A stretch of 64,000 nt of DNA from an uncultured Thermomicrobiales bacterium (GTDB taxonomy: Bacteria; Chloroflexota; Chloroflexia; Thermomicrobiales; UBA6265). This document shows, piece after piece, positions 1 through 11,049 of the stretch (its first letter is position 1; the number at the start of each line of letters is the position of its first letter). The notes below the pieces were generated by a model that saw only the letters and a list, made by a program, of their open reading frames with translations, was not told the origin of the DNA and made no database searches. The stretch covers positions 17,660 to 81,659 of the forward strand of contig CADCWE010000087.1 in NCBI GenBank assembly GCA_902806325.1. The letters are read 5' to 3'. Position numbers and translations under genes: made by a program.

Positions 1-2238
<2,238 letters not shown>

Positions 2239-2260
2239 CGACCGTCCCGGCCGCGCGACC

Positions 2261-2818
2261 ATGGAGACCGTCATAACGGTCGCGACGCTGATAACCCGCC
2301 GAGGACTTGCTGGTGTTGCCGGACGACGGGTTCCAGCGCGAACTCGTTTGGAGAACAATGCGACGGATGCCACCGGAGGGGGGGAGACGGCAGTTCCTTG
2401 GGCGCCCGGTCCGTTGGTCGCGTCGGCGGCGCAGCGGAGGAACGCGACCATCTACACGGCCCCGGACGGAGCGTTTCGCCTGGCGCGGGATCCCGATGTG
2501 GTCCGTGCGCCGGATGCCGCGTTCGTCCGCTGGGACCGGATGCCGCCGAAGGAGGAACGGAGCGGCGACCTTCCCGTTGCTCCGAACTTGGCCGTCGAGG
2601 TCGTCTCGCCCGGAGGCACCCGGCGCGAGGTCGCGGCCAAGGTCGCGCTGTCGTTGCGGCTCGGGGTGGAGATGGTGTGGGTCGCCGACGAGCGGTCGCG
2701 TACGGTCACGGTTCACCGGCGCGACCGAGAACCCGGTGTGCTGAGCGCCGGCGATGTACTCGACGGCGAGGACGTGCTGCCCGGCTTCCGGTGGCCGCTG
2801 TCAGACATCTTCCGGTAG
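2261..2818 (+). CDS. Uma2-family (DUF820) putative endonuclease; N-terminal third looks frame-disrupted
   Basis: The C-terminal two thirds fit the family pattern (FRLARDPDVVRAPDAAFV, APNLAVEVVSPGG, EMVWVADERSRTVTVH). The family's N-terminal signature (EDLLVLPDDGFQRELV..MPPEGG) is encoded in another frame at about 2298-2385, ending at a G7 run (2378-2384). TAG stop at 2816-2818. Confidence 0.6.
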   Translation: METVITVATLITRRGLAGVAGRRVPARTRLENNATDATGGGETAVPWAPGPLVASAAQRRNATIYTAPDGAFRLARDPDVVRAPDAAFVRWDRMPPKEERSGDLPVAPNLAVEVVSPGGTRREVAAKVALSLRLGVEMVWVADERSRTVTVHRRDREPGVLSAGDVLDGEDVLPGFRWPLSDIFR

Positions 2819-2821
2819 GGG

Positions 2822-3160
2822 TCAGACCTCGTCGCTGCGGGTGGCGGCGACGCGCTGGGGGGCGCGGCTGGGATCGGGGACGTAGATCAGGCCGGTTAGG
2901 CGGCCGGCGTCGTTGGTGTGGAGGAAGAGGCGGGTGTCGGGTTCGCCGAGGGGTGAGGTCAGTTCGTCCTCGGAGTAGCGCCGGCCGTCGGTGACGACGT
3001 AGACGGCGAGGCCGGGGAGGCGGACGGCGGTGCCGAGGGCGTTGCCCTCGCCGTCGTCGACGATCTGGCCGTGGAGGTCGTCGTCCGGTTCCGGTTCCTC
3101 GACCGGCGCCGGTTTCGGCGACGAGAGCACCTGGTCGGCGAAGCGCTTGGCGACGTACAT
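2822..3160 (-). CDS. hypothetical protein (112 aa)
   Basis: Only the last 112 codons of the listed 2822..3883 ORF are accepted (ATG at 3158-3160, MYVAKRFADQ...). The upstream part is antisense to the HAD hydrolase gene and has off-frame composition. No family recognised. Confidence 0.45.
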   Translation of the reverse strand: MYVAKRFADQVLSSPKPAPVEEPEPDDDLHGQIVDDGEGNALGTAVRLPGLAVYVVTDGRRYSEDELTSPLGEPDTRLFLHTNDAGRLTGLIYVPDPSRAPQRVAATRSDEV

Positions 3161-3286
3161 GGCGGCTTTTTGCTGCACGGGGTAGGCTCCTTCGGGCCGG
3201 ACGCGGCAGCGCGGGCGACAATCGCCGCGCCGCGACCGGGATGGCTGGGTCGGTATTGTACTGGGCACGGGGGCCTGGGAACCGCG

Positions 3287-3985
3287 ATGGCGACGACGAA
3301 CCAATTGCTGCTGCTCGACGCCGACGATACGCTCTGGGAGAACAACATCTACTTCGAGCAGGCGGTCGACGAGTTCCTCGACTTCCTCGCGCATTCGTCC
3401 ATGGGTCCGGGCGAGGTGCGGGCGGTGCTCGACGAGATCGAGCGCGCGAACCTGCTGGTCCACGGGTACGGGGCGGCCAGCTTCTCGCGCAGCCTGCACG
3501 ACTGCTACCACCGGCTCGCCGAGCGACCGATCACCGACCACGACCTGTTGCGGGTGCTCGGCTTCGGCGAACGCATCCTGCACCAGGACATCGAGTTGAT
3601 CGCGGGCGTGGCGGAGACGATCGAGACGTTGGCCGCCCGTCACCGCCTCGTGCTGCTGACCAAGGGCCACGCCGAAGAGCAGCGGTTGAAGGTGGACCGC
3701 TCCGGCTTGGCCGACCGGTTCGAGCGGGCGGTGATCGTGCCGGAGAAGGATGCGGCGGTCTACCGGACGGTAGCTACCGAACTCAACGCGGACCCCGACC
3801 GAACGTGGATGGTGGGAAACTCCCCGAAGTCGGACATCAACCCCGCCCTCGAAGCGGGGTTGAACGCGGTCTTCGTGCCCCACGACCGGACCTGGGGACT
3901 GGAGCGGCAGGACCTACGACCGGAGGCGGGGCCGGGGCGGCTGCTGACGGTGGAGCGGTTCTCGGATCTGTTGCACCACTTTTAG
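3287..3985 (+). CDS. HAD-superfamily hydrolase
   Basis: ATG at 3287 is codon 73 of listed ORF 3071..3985. It carries the DxDxT motif I (LLLDADDTLWEN) and the later HAD motifs LLTKG and GNSPKSDI. TAG stop at 3983-3985. Confidence 0.8.
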   Translation: MATTNQLLLLDADDTLWENNIYFEQAVDEFLDFLAHSSMGPGEVRAVLDEIERANLLVHGYGAASFSRSLHDCYHRLAERPITDHDLLRVLGFGERILHQDIELIAGVAETIETLAARHRLVLLTKGHAEEQRLKVDRSGLADRFERAVIVPEKDAAVYRTVATELNADPDRTWMVGNSPKSDINPALEAGLNAVFVPHDRTWGLERQDLRPEAGPGRLLTVERFSDLLHHF

Positions 3986-3992
3986 GCTCAGA

Positions 3993-4014
3993 CCGGAGGG
4001 GAAGGCGCCTCCGG
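3993..4014. terminator. GC hairpin between convergent genes (possible bidirectional terminator)
   Basis: CCGGAGG (3993-3999) pairs with CCTCCGG (4008-4014) around an 8-nt loop. It lies 8 nt after the HAD stop. There is no clear U-tract. Confidence 0.3.
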
Positions 4015-4149
4015 CCCGGACCTCGGAGGGGCGTCGGCGGCGGAGCGGGATGCCGGGGTACCCGGGGGGGGCGCCCGTTGGGCGGTGGCGGTGGCGATGG
4101 CCCGTGCAACGCCGGGGAGGCGGCGCTCGCGGAACCACCCGTTCTCCCG

Positions 4150-5295
4150 TCAGCCGTCCGGACCCGCCATCGGCGTGGCGGCGGGCAGCGCGGCGAGTGC
4201 CGCCCCGACGTTGGCGTCGGTAACGAGGAGGAAGCCCGGATCGACGCGGGGCGGCACCGGCTCGCCGTTGAGGTGGCGAACCAACAGGTCGACGGCGATG
4301 GCTCCGGTGCGGCCGGGCAGTTCGGCGACCGTGGCGTCCAGCGCGCCGTTCGCGACGGCGGCCAGCGTGTCCGGCTCGCCGCCAAAGCCGACCACGACCA
4401 ACTCCGGTCGCTCGGCCACGACGGGGGCGGCGGCGACGGCGATGGCCATCGCATCGCTGGCGGCGAAGATCGCGCTGGGTTGTGGTCCGTCCGGATCCGG
4501 GGTGAGCGGGGTCGGCGGCGCGGTTTCGTGGCCGGGAGGAGCGATCACGAAGGCGGATTCGGCGACCGTTTTGGCGACATCGGGGTCCCATGCCGTGGCC
4601 CGAGCGTCGACGTCGATCTCGGCGAAGCGGGCGAGCGCGGCGCGGAGGCCGCGCGCGCGGGCCTCCCCGGCCGGGTTGGCGAGATCGCCCTGGAGGTCGA
4701 GGACGATGCCCTGGCCGTCGAGCGAGGCGGCGATGTAGGCGCCGGCGGCGTAGGCGAGGGCTTCGTCGTCGCCAACCACGGCGCTCACCACGCCGTCGGC
4801 CGGTTCGGCGCCGATCGCGACCACGGGGATCCCGGCCGCGGCGGCGGCGTCAAGACCCGGGATCACGCCGATCGGGTCGATCGGACCGAGCACGATGCCC
4901 TCGACCCCGACAAGGGTGGCCGCTTTGATCTGGGCGACTTGGTCCGGGGCGGCGGCGTTCGGCAACGACACGACCGCCAGCTACGCTCCGTCCTGAGTCG
5001 CCCGATTCTGGGCCGCGATCGCGACGGCTTGCCAGTACGGCGCATCGGGGTAGGGGACGAGGAGTATCAGGCGATACGGTTCGTCGGCGAGGACCGGCCC
5101 GTCATTCCCGGCGGGTGGATCGACCAGCGAGCCGACGGGGAGCGGAGTGGCCATGGCGGAGGAAGCAATGGGCGCCCCCGGCAACGACGCTTCCCCCGCC
5201 CGACCTTGGGTCACCAGGCCGAGCAGCAGCAGCAGACCAATCCCGGCCAGCGCCCAAGTCGTTTGGCCACGAATGGCCCTGCCCGGCCCGCGCAT
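4150..5295 (-). pseudogene. periplasmic sugar-binding protein (PBP1/RbsB-like) interrupted by an in-frame TAG
   Basis: Listed ORFs 4981..5295 and 4150..4971 are in the same frame and are separated only by TAG (4981-4983) plus 3 codons. The first ORF has a signal peptide (WALAGIGLLLLLGLV, then YRLILLVPYPDAPYWQAVAIAAQNRATQDGA). The second continues with LAVVSLPNAAAPDQVAQIKAATLVGVEGIVLGPID. The joined sequence follows the RbsB-type order through to VVGFGGEPDTLAAVANGALDATVAELP. No ABC permease or ATPase is adjacent. Confidence 0.7.
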
Positions 5296-5396
5296 TTCAA
5301 CGTTCCACCCTCACGAACGACGGGTAGATCGGCACCGAGATCGGTCCCGAATATCCCGGCTACAGGTCCGCGCGGGCCGGTGGACCCAACGGGCCA

Positions 5397-5425
5397 TTGA
5401 CAGCACGGGCGGACCGGTTTACAAA
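5397..5425 (+). promoter_or_regulatory. candidate sigma70-type promoter upstream of the amidase gene
   Basis: TTGACA (5397-5402), a 17-nt spacer, then TACAAA (5420-5425). The final T of the -10 consensus is missing. It would give a leader of about 225 nt. Confidence 0.3.
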
Positions 5426-5650
5426 CGAAGCGGCCCCGCGATTCGCCACACCGTCCGGTGCCCGTCTTTCCCGATGCACGAGGGATCTGGGAGGACCGCC
5501 GGCAGCGTATCACGGAACGTGGCCCCGAATGGAGTGAAGGGGCGGGGTCGTTGCGGCTGGTTGACGCGCCCGCGTGTTGCCGCCGCGCCGACATGGACCC
5601 CGCCGACGTTGTCACGGTGGCTGGCCGTGGCGTCGCAACGGAGAGTTCCC

Positions 5651-8326
5651 ATGACCGATGCCCGGCTGCCCGTCTTGCGGGCGACCGCCGTCAACCGGCG
5701 CGCGGTGCTGCGCGTGGCCGCCGGCGGGTCCGCCGCCGCCGCCGCCGTGTTCGGCCCGCGCTGGCTGACCGGGCGGCACCGCGTCGCCGCCGAGGCGATC
5801 AAGACCATCTCGGCCGAGGTCGTGCAGCAAGGGGCGGCGTTCAACCGCGGCGACGGCGGCGACGGGCTGTCGGTCCAGGGCGCCGACGGTGGCTTGCGGG
5901 CGGCGGCCGGCGCCGATCCGGTGTTCGTCTCCGAGCCGATCGCCGTCGATTTCCCGATGACCCACGTCGCGGCGCACTGGAACACGAACGCGGGCGAGAA
6001 CGCCGTCGCGGTCGAGCTGCGTCTGTCCAACGACGGGGGGCGCTGGAGCAACTGGGTGCCCCTGACCATCGAGGGCGCGGGGCGGCCCGGGGCGAGCGGG
6101 GACGTGTTCGGCGGCCTGATCCCCGGCAATGGGGCACGGCAGGCGCAATACCGGGTCCGCTTCCGCGGGACCGGGGGCGACGTGCTGCTGCGCCGCGTCA
6201 ACCTGACCTGCCTCAACACCACCGGCGGGGAGCGCGTCCGCGTGTTGCTGCCGGGATCGAGCGACGCCGCTGCGGCCGCGCCGAAGCCATCCATCGTCAG
6301 CCGCGCCGGGTGGGGGTGCTACGAAGGGTACCGGCTCAACGAGAAGGGCGAGGAGGTGTGGCCCGCCGAGTACGAGCCATGGGTCAAGGTCGTCTTCCAC
6401 CACACCGAGACGACCAACGCCTACTCCAACGTCGCGGCCGAGATCCGGGCCATCTACTACTACCACGCGATGACCCTGGGCTGGGGCGACATCGGCTACA
6501 ACGGGCTGATCGGCAACGACGGTCGGATCTACGAGGGGCGCAAAGGGCGCGACGGCCAGGTCATCGAGCCGGATCTCTGCGGCGGGCACGTGCTGCTCTG
6601 CAACTACGGCACGATGGGGTTCTCGATGATCGGCAATTTTCGCCAGGTCTCGGTCCCGTCGGGGATGTTCGAGGCCGGCGCCAAATTGTCGGCATGGGCC
6701 TGCTCGCGCAACGGCATCAACCCCCTGGCGACGAACCCCTTTCGCCGCACCGACGGCGTGGTGATCACCTGCAACGACCTGGCCGGGCACTACCAGATGC
6801 AAGCCAAAGACTGCCCCGGCGCCGCGGCGATCAACCAACTGCCCAGTTTCCGGCAGCGGGTCGCGACCATCGTCGCGGCCTACCCCAGCACCGCGACGCC
6901 GATCCCAACCCGGACCCCGACCTCGGCCACGACCGCCGCCGTCGCCGCGACCGCGACCGCGACCCGCACCCCGTCGCCGACCCGCACCCCGACCGCGGCC
7001 CCGGCACCGGTCAGCCTCGGCCTCTCGGTCGCCAGCGGCAATGTCGGCACGTCGCTCTCCGTCACCGGTGCCGGATTCGTCCCCGGGGAGCGGGTCGCGA
7101 TCCACTGGGATTCGACCGGGACGACGGCCAGAACGACCGTCACCGCGGCCAGCACCGGCCGCATCCTCGCCGTGTTCCCGGTCCCCGCCGCCACCGGCGG
7201 CGCGCATCGGGTCATCGGTCGGGGGTTGACGAGCCTCCGGTCCGCGTCGGCGACCTTCACCGTCGTGCCGAATCTGACGCGCACCCCGACCGGGGGCACG
7301 GTTGGGACCAGCATTGCCGTCACCGTCCGCGGATTCGGCGCCAACGAGTCGGTCAGGCTGACGTGGGACAGCGAGGTCGGCCCCCTATTGGGCACCGCCA
7401 CCACCGGTGCGACCGGTTCCGGGTCGGCCACGGTGCGTATCCCCGCTGGGGCGAAAGGCTGGCATAATTACACCGGTCTCGGCTCGATGAGCAACCTGCG
7501 CGCCTGGGGCGCGATCTCCATCTCGCCGAGCCTTGCCGTCAGCCCAACGGGGGGGGTGACCGGAACGGCGGTTGCGGCCACGGCCATGGGACTGCCGGCG
7601 AACCAGGGCGTGACGCTGGCCTGGAACAAGTCCGCCACCAGCGCCGGGACGGTCGTCTGCTCGGGAACCTCGAACGCCACCGGCGGTTTTGGCTGCAGCT
7701 TCGCGATCCCGGCGGCCAATGCCGGCAGCTTCCCTCTGGTCGCCACCGCCGCCGACGCCACCACCGTCAGCGCGACCGTCTCGGTGACCGCGTCCTCGGC
7801 GACCAGCACGCCGACGAGGACCAGCGCACCGACCAGCACGCCCACCAAAACCAGCACGCCCACTAAAACCAGCACGCCGATCAGAACCAGCACACCCAAT
7901 GCGCCAACGGCGACCGCGACGCCCGCGACCGCTCCGTACCGGATCGCCGGCAGCGGGCGGTCGGCCAACTCCGGGTCCTCGACCCCGGTCTACGACCGCA
8001 ACGAGGCGACCTACTGGATCAGCACGCTCGCCGCGACGCCGCCCTCCTCCGCCTTCGTCTACGTGGATCTGGGCGCGGCGCGGTCGATCGGGACGGTGCA
8101 GTGGCTGTTCGCCGTCGAAGGGATTGCCGACTCCTACCGGATCCAGGTCTCGAACGACCGCGTCACCTGGGTGGCTCTCACGCCGCAGCCGTACGGCAAC
8201 GCCGGGATCGGCGTTTGGTTGGAGCTGAAGACGCAGACCACCGCCCGCTACGTTCGCTGGATCTTCACCAACCCGAACGGGGACGCGCAGATCGGAGGGC
8301 TGGCCGAAGTCCGGGTCTGGCCGTAG
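5651..8326 (+). CDS. secreted multidomain N-acetylmuramoyl-L-alanine amidase (amidase_2/PGRP) with Ig-like repeats and a C-terminal discoidin-like domain
   Basis: ATG at 5651 is codon 169 of the listed ORF. It has a Tat-like signal (NRRAVLRVAAGGSAAAAAVFG). The amidase_2 core is present (VVFHHTETTN, IYYYHAMTLGWGDIGYNGLIGNDGRIYEGRKG, KDCPG). Thr/Pro linkers follow, then three IPT/TIG-like repeats (GTSLSVTGAGFVPGERVAIHWD, GTSIAVTVRGFGANESVRLTWD, GTAVAATAMGLPANQGVTLAWN). The C-terminus is F5/8 type C-like (YWIS, YRIQVSNDRVTW, YVRWIF, GLAEVRVWP). TAG stop. Confidence 0.8.
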   Translation: MTDARLPVLRATAVNRRAVLRVAAGGSAAAAAVFGPRWLTGRHRVAAEAIKTISAEVVQQGAAFNRGDGGDGLSVQGADGGLRAAAGADPVFVSEPIAVDFPMTHVAAHWNTNAGENAVAVELRLSNDGGRWSNWVPLTIEGAGRPGASGDVFGGLIPGNGARQAQYRVRFRGTGGDVLLRRVNLTCLNTTGGERVRVLLPGSSDAAAAAPKPSIVSRAGWGCYEGYRLNEKGEEVWPAEYEPWVKVVFHHTETTNAYSNVAAEIRAIYYYHAMTLGWGDIGYNGLIGNDGRIYEGRKGRDGQVIEPDLCGGHVLLCNYGTMGFSMIGNFRQVSVPSGMFEAGAKLSAWACSRNGINPLATNPFRRTDGVVITCNDLAGHYQMQAKDCPGAAAINQLPSFRQRVATIVAAYPSTATPIPTRTPTSATTAAVAATATATRTPSPTRTPTAAPAPVSLGLSVASGNVGTSLSVTGAGFVPGERVAIHWDSTGTTARTTVTAASTGRILAVFPVPAATGGAHRVIGRGLTSLRSASATFTVVPNLTRTPTGGTVGTSIAVTVRGFGANESVRLTWDSEVGPLLGTATTGATGSGSATVRIPAGAKGWHNYTGLGSMSNLRAWGAISISPSLAVSPTGGVTGTAVAATAMGLPANQGVTLAWNKSATSAGTVVCSGTSNATGGFGCSFAIPAANAGSFPLVATAADATTVSATVSVTASSATSTPTRTSAPTSTPTKTSTPTKTSTPIRTSTPNAPTATATPATAPYRIAGSGRSANSGSSTPVYDRNEATYWISTLAATPPSSAFVYVDLGAARSIGTVQWLFAVEGIADSYRIQVSNDRVTWVALTPQPYGNAGIGVWLELKTQTTARYVRWIFTNPNGDAQIGGLAEVRVWP
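7802..7897 (+). repeat. imperfect 18-nt tandem repeat encoding a Thr/Pro/Ser linker
   Basis: ACCAGCACGCCNACNNNN units are repeated about 5 times and encode TSTPTRTSAPTSTPTKTSTPTKTSTPIRTSTP inside the amidase gene. Confidence 0.7.
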
Positions 8327-8729
8327 ACCCACCGATCATGGTGCTTGCGGATCCGCCTCGCGCGGGCGGCTGGGTCGGGCCAGCCCGTGGTCGAGCCCGG
8401 ATCGGACGACACCGGCGCCCGACGAGACCGCGGCGATGGCGGCGATGGGCCGCGAAGGTCCGCAAGCCGGGGAAGAGCCGTCCGGCGACCTGGCCGGTGG
8501 TCGGCCCCTGGACAACCGGGCGCGGACCATCTCCCTCGCGCCCGATCGAGACCACCGGTTGTCGCTGCTGTTTCGGCGTCGAAGGGCGTCTGGTGGCCGC
8601 GAACGCTGCCGCTGGCGCGATTCCTCGACCGGTCCCGCAACCGACGCACGCTCGGGTGCCACGAAACACGCGGACGACGGGCGACGGAACACGGCGCCGG
8701 AACCGATCGAACGGGTCCGCTCCGCGCGA

Positions 8730-10409
8730 TCAGTCCGCCCGGGTCGCCGCCCCGACCGGGGACCCGGCGGCGAGCGCTTCGGCGTCGGCGCCCGGTCGTG
8801 CCGCGGCGACGGGGGCGACTCGGGGGGCGGGGTTGCGGATCAGGAATGCGGTCAGAGCGGCCACGCCGCAGGCGGCGGCACCGAGCAGGAAGGTGTTTTG
8901 GAGGCCCTCGACGAAGGCGCGCTGGGCGGCGTCGAAGACGGCCGGACCGGCTGCCGCCTGATCGGCCGGGATGGCGGCGCCGAGCTGTTCGATCCGGCCG
9001 TCGCCGATCAGCCCAACCAGGCGATCGCGCAGCGGAGCGGGTAGCGACACCTCGGCCAGGCGGTCCGTGGCGTGGACCCCGAGCCGGCTCTGGAGGACCG
9101 AACCGAGCACGGCGATGCCGAGCACCTGGCCGATGTTGCGCATGGTGTTGAGGATGCCGGAGGCGCTGCCGGCGATCCGGGGCGGCACGGCGGCCATCAC
9201 CGCCGCGGTCATCGGGGCGAAGGTCATTCCCATCCCGGTCCCGGTGACGACCAGCGGCACCAACAGCGTGCGCCAGGTGGTGTCGACGGCGATTCGGGAG
9301 ATGATGAGCAGGATCCCGCCGGTGACCAGAGACAACCCGGTGACCAAAATCCAACGGGCACCGATCCGGTCGGTCAGGCGGCCGGCGATCGGGGCGGCGA
9401 CGAGGATCATCAGCGACATCGGGGTCATCGTCAGCCCGGCCCGGATCGGAGAAAAGCCGAGCGCGCCCTGGAGGAACAGCGTCATCGGGAAGAAGATGCC
9501 GAGCATCCCGAAGGCGACCGCGAGCGCGATCAGGTTGCCGACCCAGAAGTTGCGCTGGGCGAACAACTCCAGCTTCATCATCGGGTCCGGGGCGCGGCGT
9601 TCCCAGGCGACGAAGGCGACCAACAGCAGCACGCCGAGCGCCAACAGGCCGAGGATCGTCGGGTCGGTCCAACCGAGGTGACCGCCCTCGATGAAGGCGT
9701 AGACGAGGGCAAAGATGCCGCCGCCGGAGAGCACCACGCCACCCCAGTCCAGGCGGCGCGAGGCGAGGGGATCGGTCGATTCGGGGACGATGGCGAGGGT
9801 GGCGTAGACGGCGGCGATGCCGAACGGGACGTTGATCAGGAAGACCCACTCCCAGGCGTAGTTGGTGACAATCAGACCGCCGACGATCGGCCCGATCACG
9901 GCGCCAAGGGCGACCACCCCGCCCCACAGCCCCATCGCCGCGCCACGCTTCTCCGGCGGAAAGACCACCGTGATCAAGGAGAGAGTCTGGGGCATCATGA
10001 AGGCGCCGCCGAGGCCTTGGAGGACCCGGGCGAAGATCAGGGCGTTGACACCCGAAACGCCGATGAAGTCGCCCAACCAGCCGGCAATGCCGCAGAGCGC
10101 GGAGGCGGCGGTGAAGATACTCATCCCGACCACGAACAGGCGTTTCCGCCCGAGCACGTCGCCCATCCGGCCGAAGGAAAGCAGCAGCACCGCGTAGGTA
10201 AGGATGTAGGAATCAAGGACCCATTGGATTTGGGACAGGCTGGCGCCGAGATCCTCTTTGATCTTTTGCTGAGCGACGTTGACGATGGTCGTGTCCAGCA
10301 GCAGCATGAACACCGCGGCACAGAGCACCATCAGGACCAGCCACGGGTTGCGATCCTTGGCCTCGGCCTGGGCCATCGGGGACTGAGCGCGGGCGGTGGT
10401 GTCGGTCAT
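8730..10409 (-). CDS. MFS transporter, DHA2 (EmrB/QacA-type, 14-TMS) drug efflux family
   Basis: 559 aa and highly hydrophobic. DHA2 signatures are present (LLLDTTIVNVAQ, GRMGDVLGRKRLF). Its ATG (10407-10409) overlaps the upstream MarR stop as ATGA. Confidence 0.85.
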   Translation of the reverse strand: MTDTTARAQSPMAQAEAKDRNPWLVLMVLCAAVFMLLLDTTIVNVAQQKIKEDLGASLSQIQWVLDSYILTYAVLLLSFGRMGDVLGRKRLFVVGMSIFTAASALCGIAGWLGDFIGVSGVNALIFARVLQGLGGAFMMPQTLSLITVVFPPEKRGAAMGLWGGVVALGAVIGPIVGGLIVTNYAWEWVFLINVPFGIAAVYATLAIVPESTDPLASRRLDWGGVVLSGGGIFALVYAFIEGGHLGWTDPTILGLLALGVLLLVAFVAWERRAPDPMMKLELFAQRNFWVGNLIALAVAFGMLGIFFPMTLFLQGALGFSPIRAGLTMTPMSLMILVAAPIAGRLTDRIGARWILVTGLSLVTGGILLIISRIAVDTTWRTLLVPLVVTGTGMGMTFAPMTAAVMAAVPPRIAGSASGILNTMRNIGQVLGIAVLGSVLQSRLGVHATDRLAEVSLPAPLRDRLVGLIGDGRIEQLGAAIPADQAAAGPAVFDAAQRAFVEGLQNTFLLGAAACGVAALTAFLIRNPAPRVAPVAAARPGADAEALAAGSPVGAATRAD

Positions 10410-10969
10410 CGGGAGCGGTCCTTTCGCGTGGAATCGGCGCCGAGCGGGCCGGTGGTCATCGGGCCGGGCGGACCCAGGGCGACGGCGCGGTCGAGGTCGT
10501 CGCGCAGGGCGGCGGTCAGGGCGGCGAGCGAACGGACGAAGACCGGTCGCTCGGCGGGATCGAGGCGGGCGATGGCGGCGCGGAGTTGGTGGCGACGGGC
10601 GGCTTTGATCTGGCCACCGATGGCTCGCGCGGCCGCCGTTGGCCGGACGAACACCTGGCGGCGGTCGCTGGGATTGGTTTCGCGCTCGGCCAGACCTTCC
10701 TCGACCAAGCGGTCCAGCAGCTCGGAGGCGGTGGGCATCGAGACGCCGATCCCGGCGGCGACCTCACCGACGGTGCGGCGCCCGTGGTGGTCGAGGATGA
10801 GGAGCGCCTTGATCTGGCCGGGTGGGCGACCCGCGGCCACCGGGTGGCAGCCCAGGGTGGTATGGAGTAGCTTGCCCAATTCCGCGATCTCGGCGAACGC
10901 CGCGTCGACCAGCGAATCCGGAACAGGGTCCTCCGGTGCGTGGCTCGTTTCGGATTCCGAAGTATTCAT
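10406..10969 (-). CDS. MarR-family transcriptional regulator
   Basis: ATG at 10967-10969 gives the last 187 codons of listed ORF 10406..11674. The winged-helix region is TVGEVAAGIGVSMPTASELLDRLVEEGLAERETNPSDRRQVFVRPT. The rest of the listed ORF is R/P-rich junk. Confidence 0.85.
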   Translation of the reverse strand: MNTSESETSHAPEDPVPDSLVDAAFAEIAELGKLLHTTLGCHPVAAGRPPGQIKALLILDHHGRRTVGEVAAGIGVSMPTASELLDRLVEEGLAERETNPSDRRQVFVRPTAAARAIGGQIKAARRHQLRAAIARLDPAERPVFVRSLAALTAALRDDLDRAVALGPPGPMTTGPLGADSTRKDRSR

Positions 10970-10976
10970 AATCCGA

Positions 10977-11005
10977 ACTATACGGCGTTCGTGGCGCCCG
11001 GTCAA
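10977..11005 (-). promoter_or_regulatory. near-consensus promoter for the marR-MFS operon, probably giving a leaderless mRNA
   Basis: On the minus strand: TTGACC (11005-11000), a 17-nt spacer, TATAGT (10982-10977), then 7 nt to the ATG (10969). A short inverted repeat CGAAC-N8-GTTCG (10974-10991) overlaps the -10 and is a possible MarR operator. Confidence 0.45.
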
Positions 11006-11049
11006 GGGCGCACGGAAAACGGCGGATCGCGGCCTGTCACGGTATCTCG

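Noticed and set aside
2822-3883. 353-aa minus-strand ORF taken at full length
   Set aside because: Its first two thirds are antisense to the HAD hydrolase gene. Only the last 112 codons lie in otherwise unoccupied sequence and look protein-like.
5426-5650. Riboswitch in the long amidase leader (ydaO/c-di-AMP type elements are known upstream of cell-wall hydrolases)
   Set aside because: I could not find the conserved ydaO blocks (GGGGACCCA, GGGGUGAAUC, CCGAACCCGUCAGCUAACC) or any other riboswitch core that I recognise.
8327-8729. 400-bp convergent gap between the amidase and the MFS gene
   Set aside because: The listed ORFs there (for example 8336..8692) have junk composition. There is no clear terminator or RNA motif.
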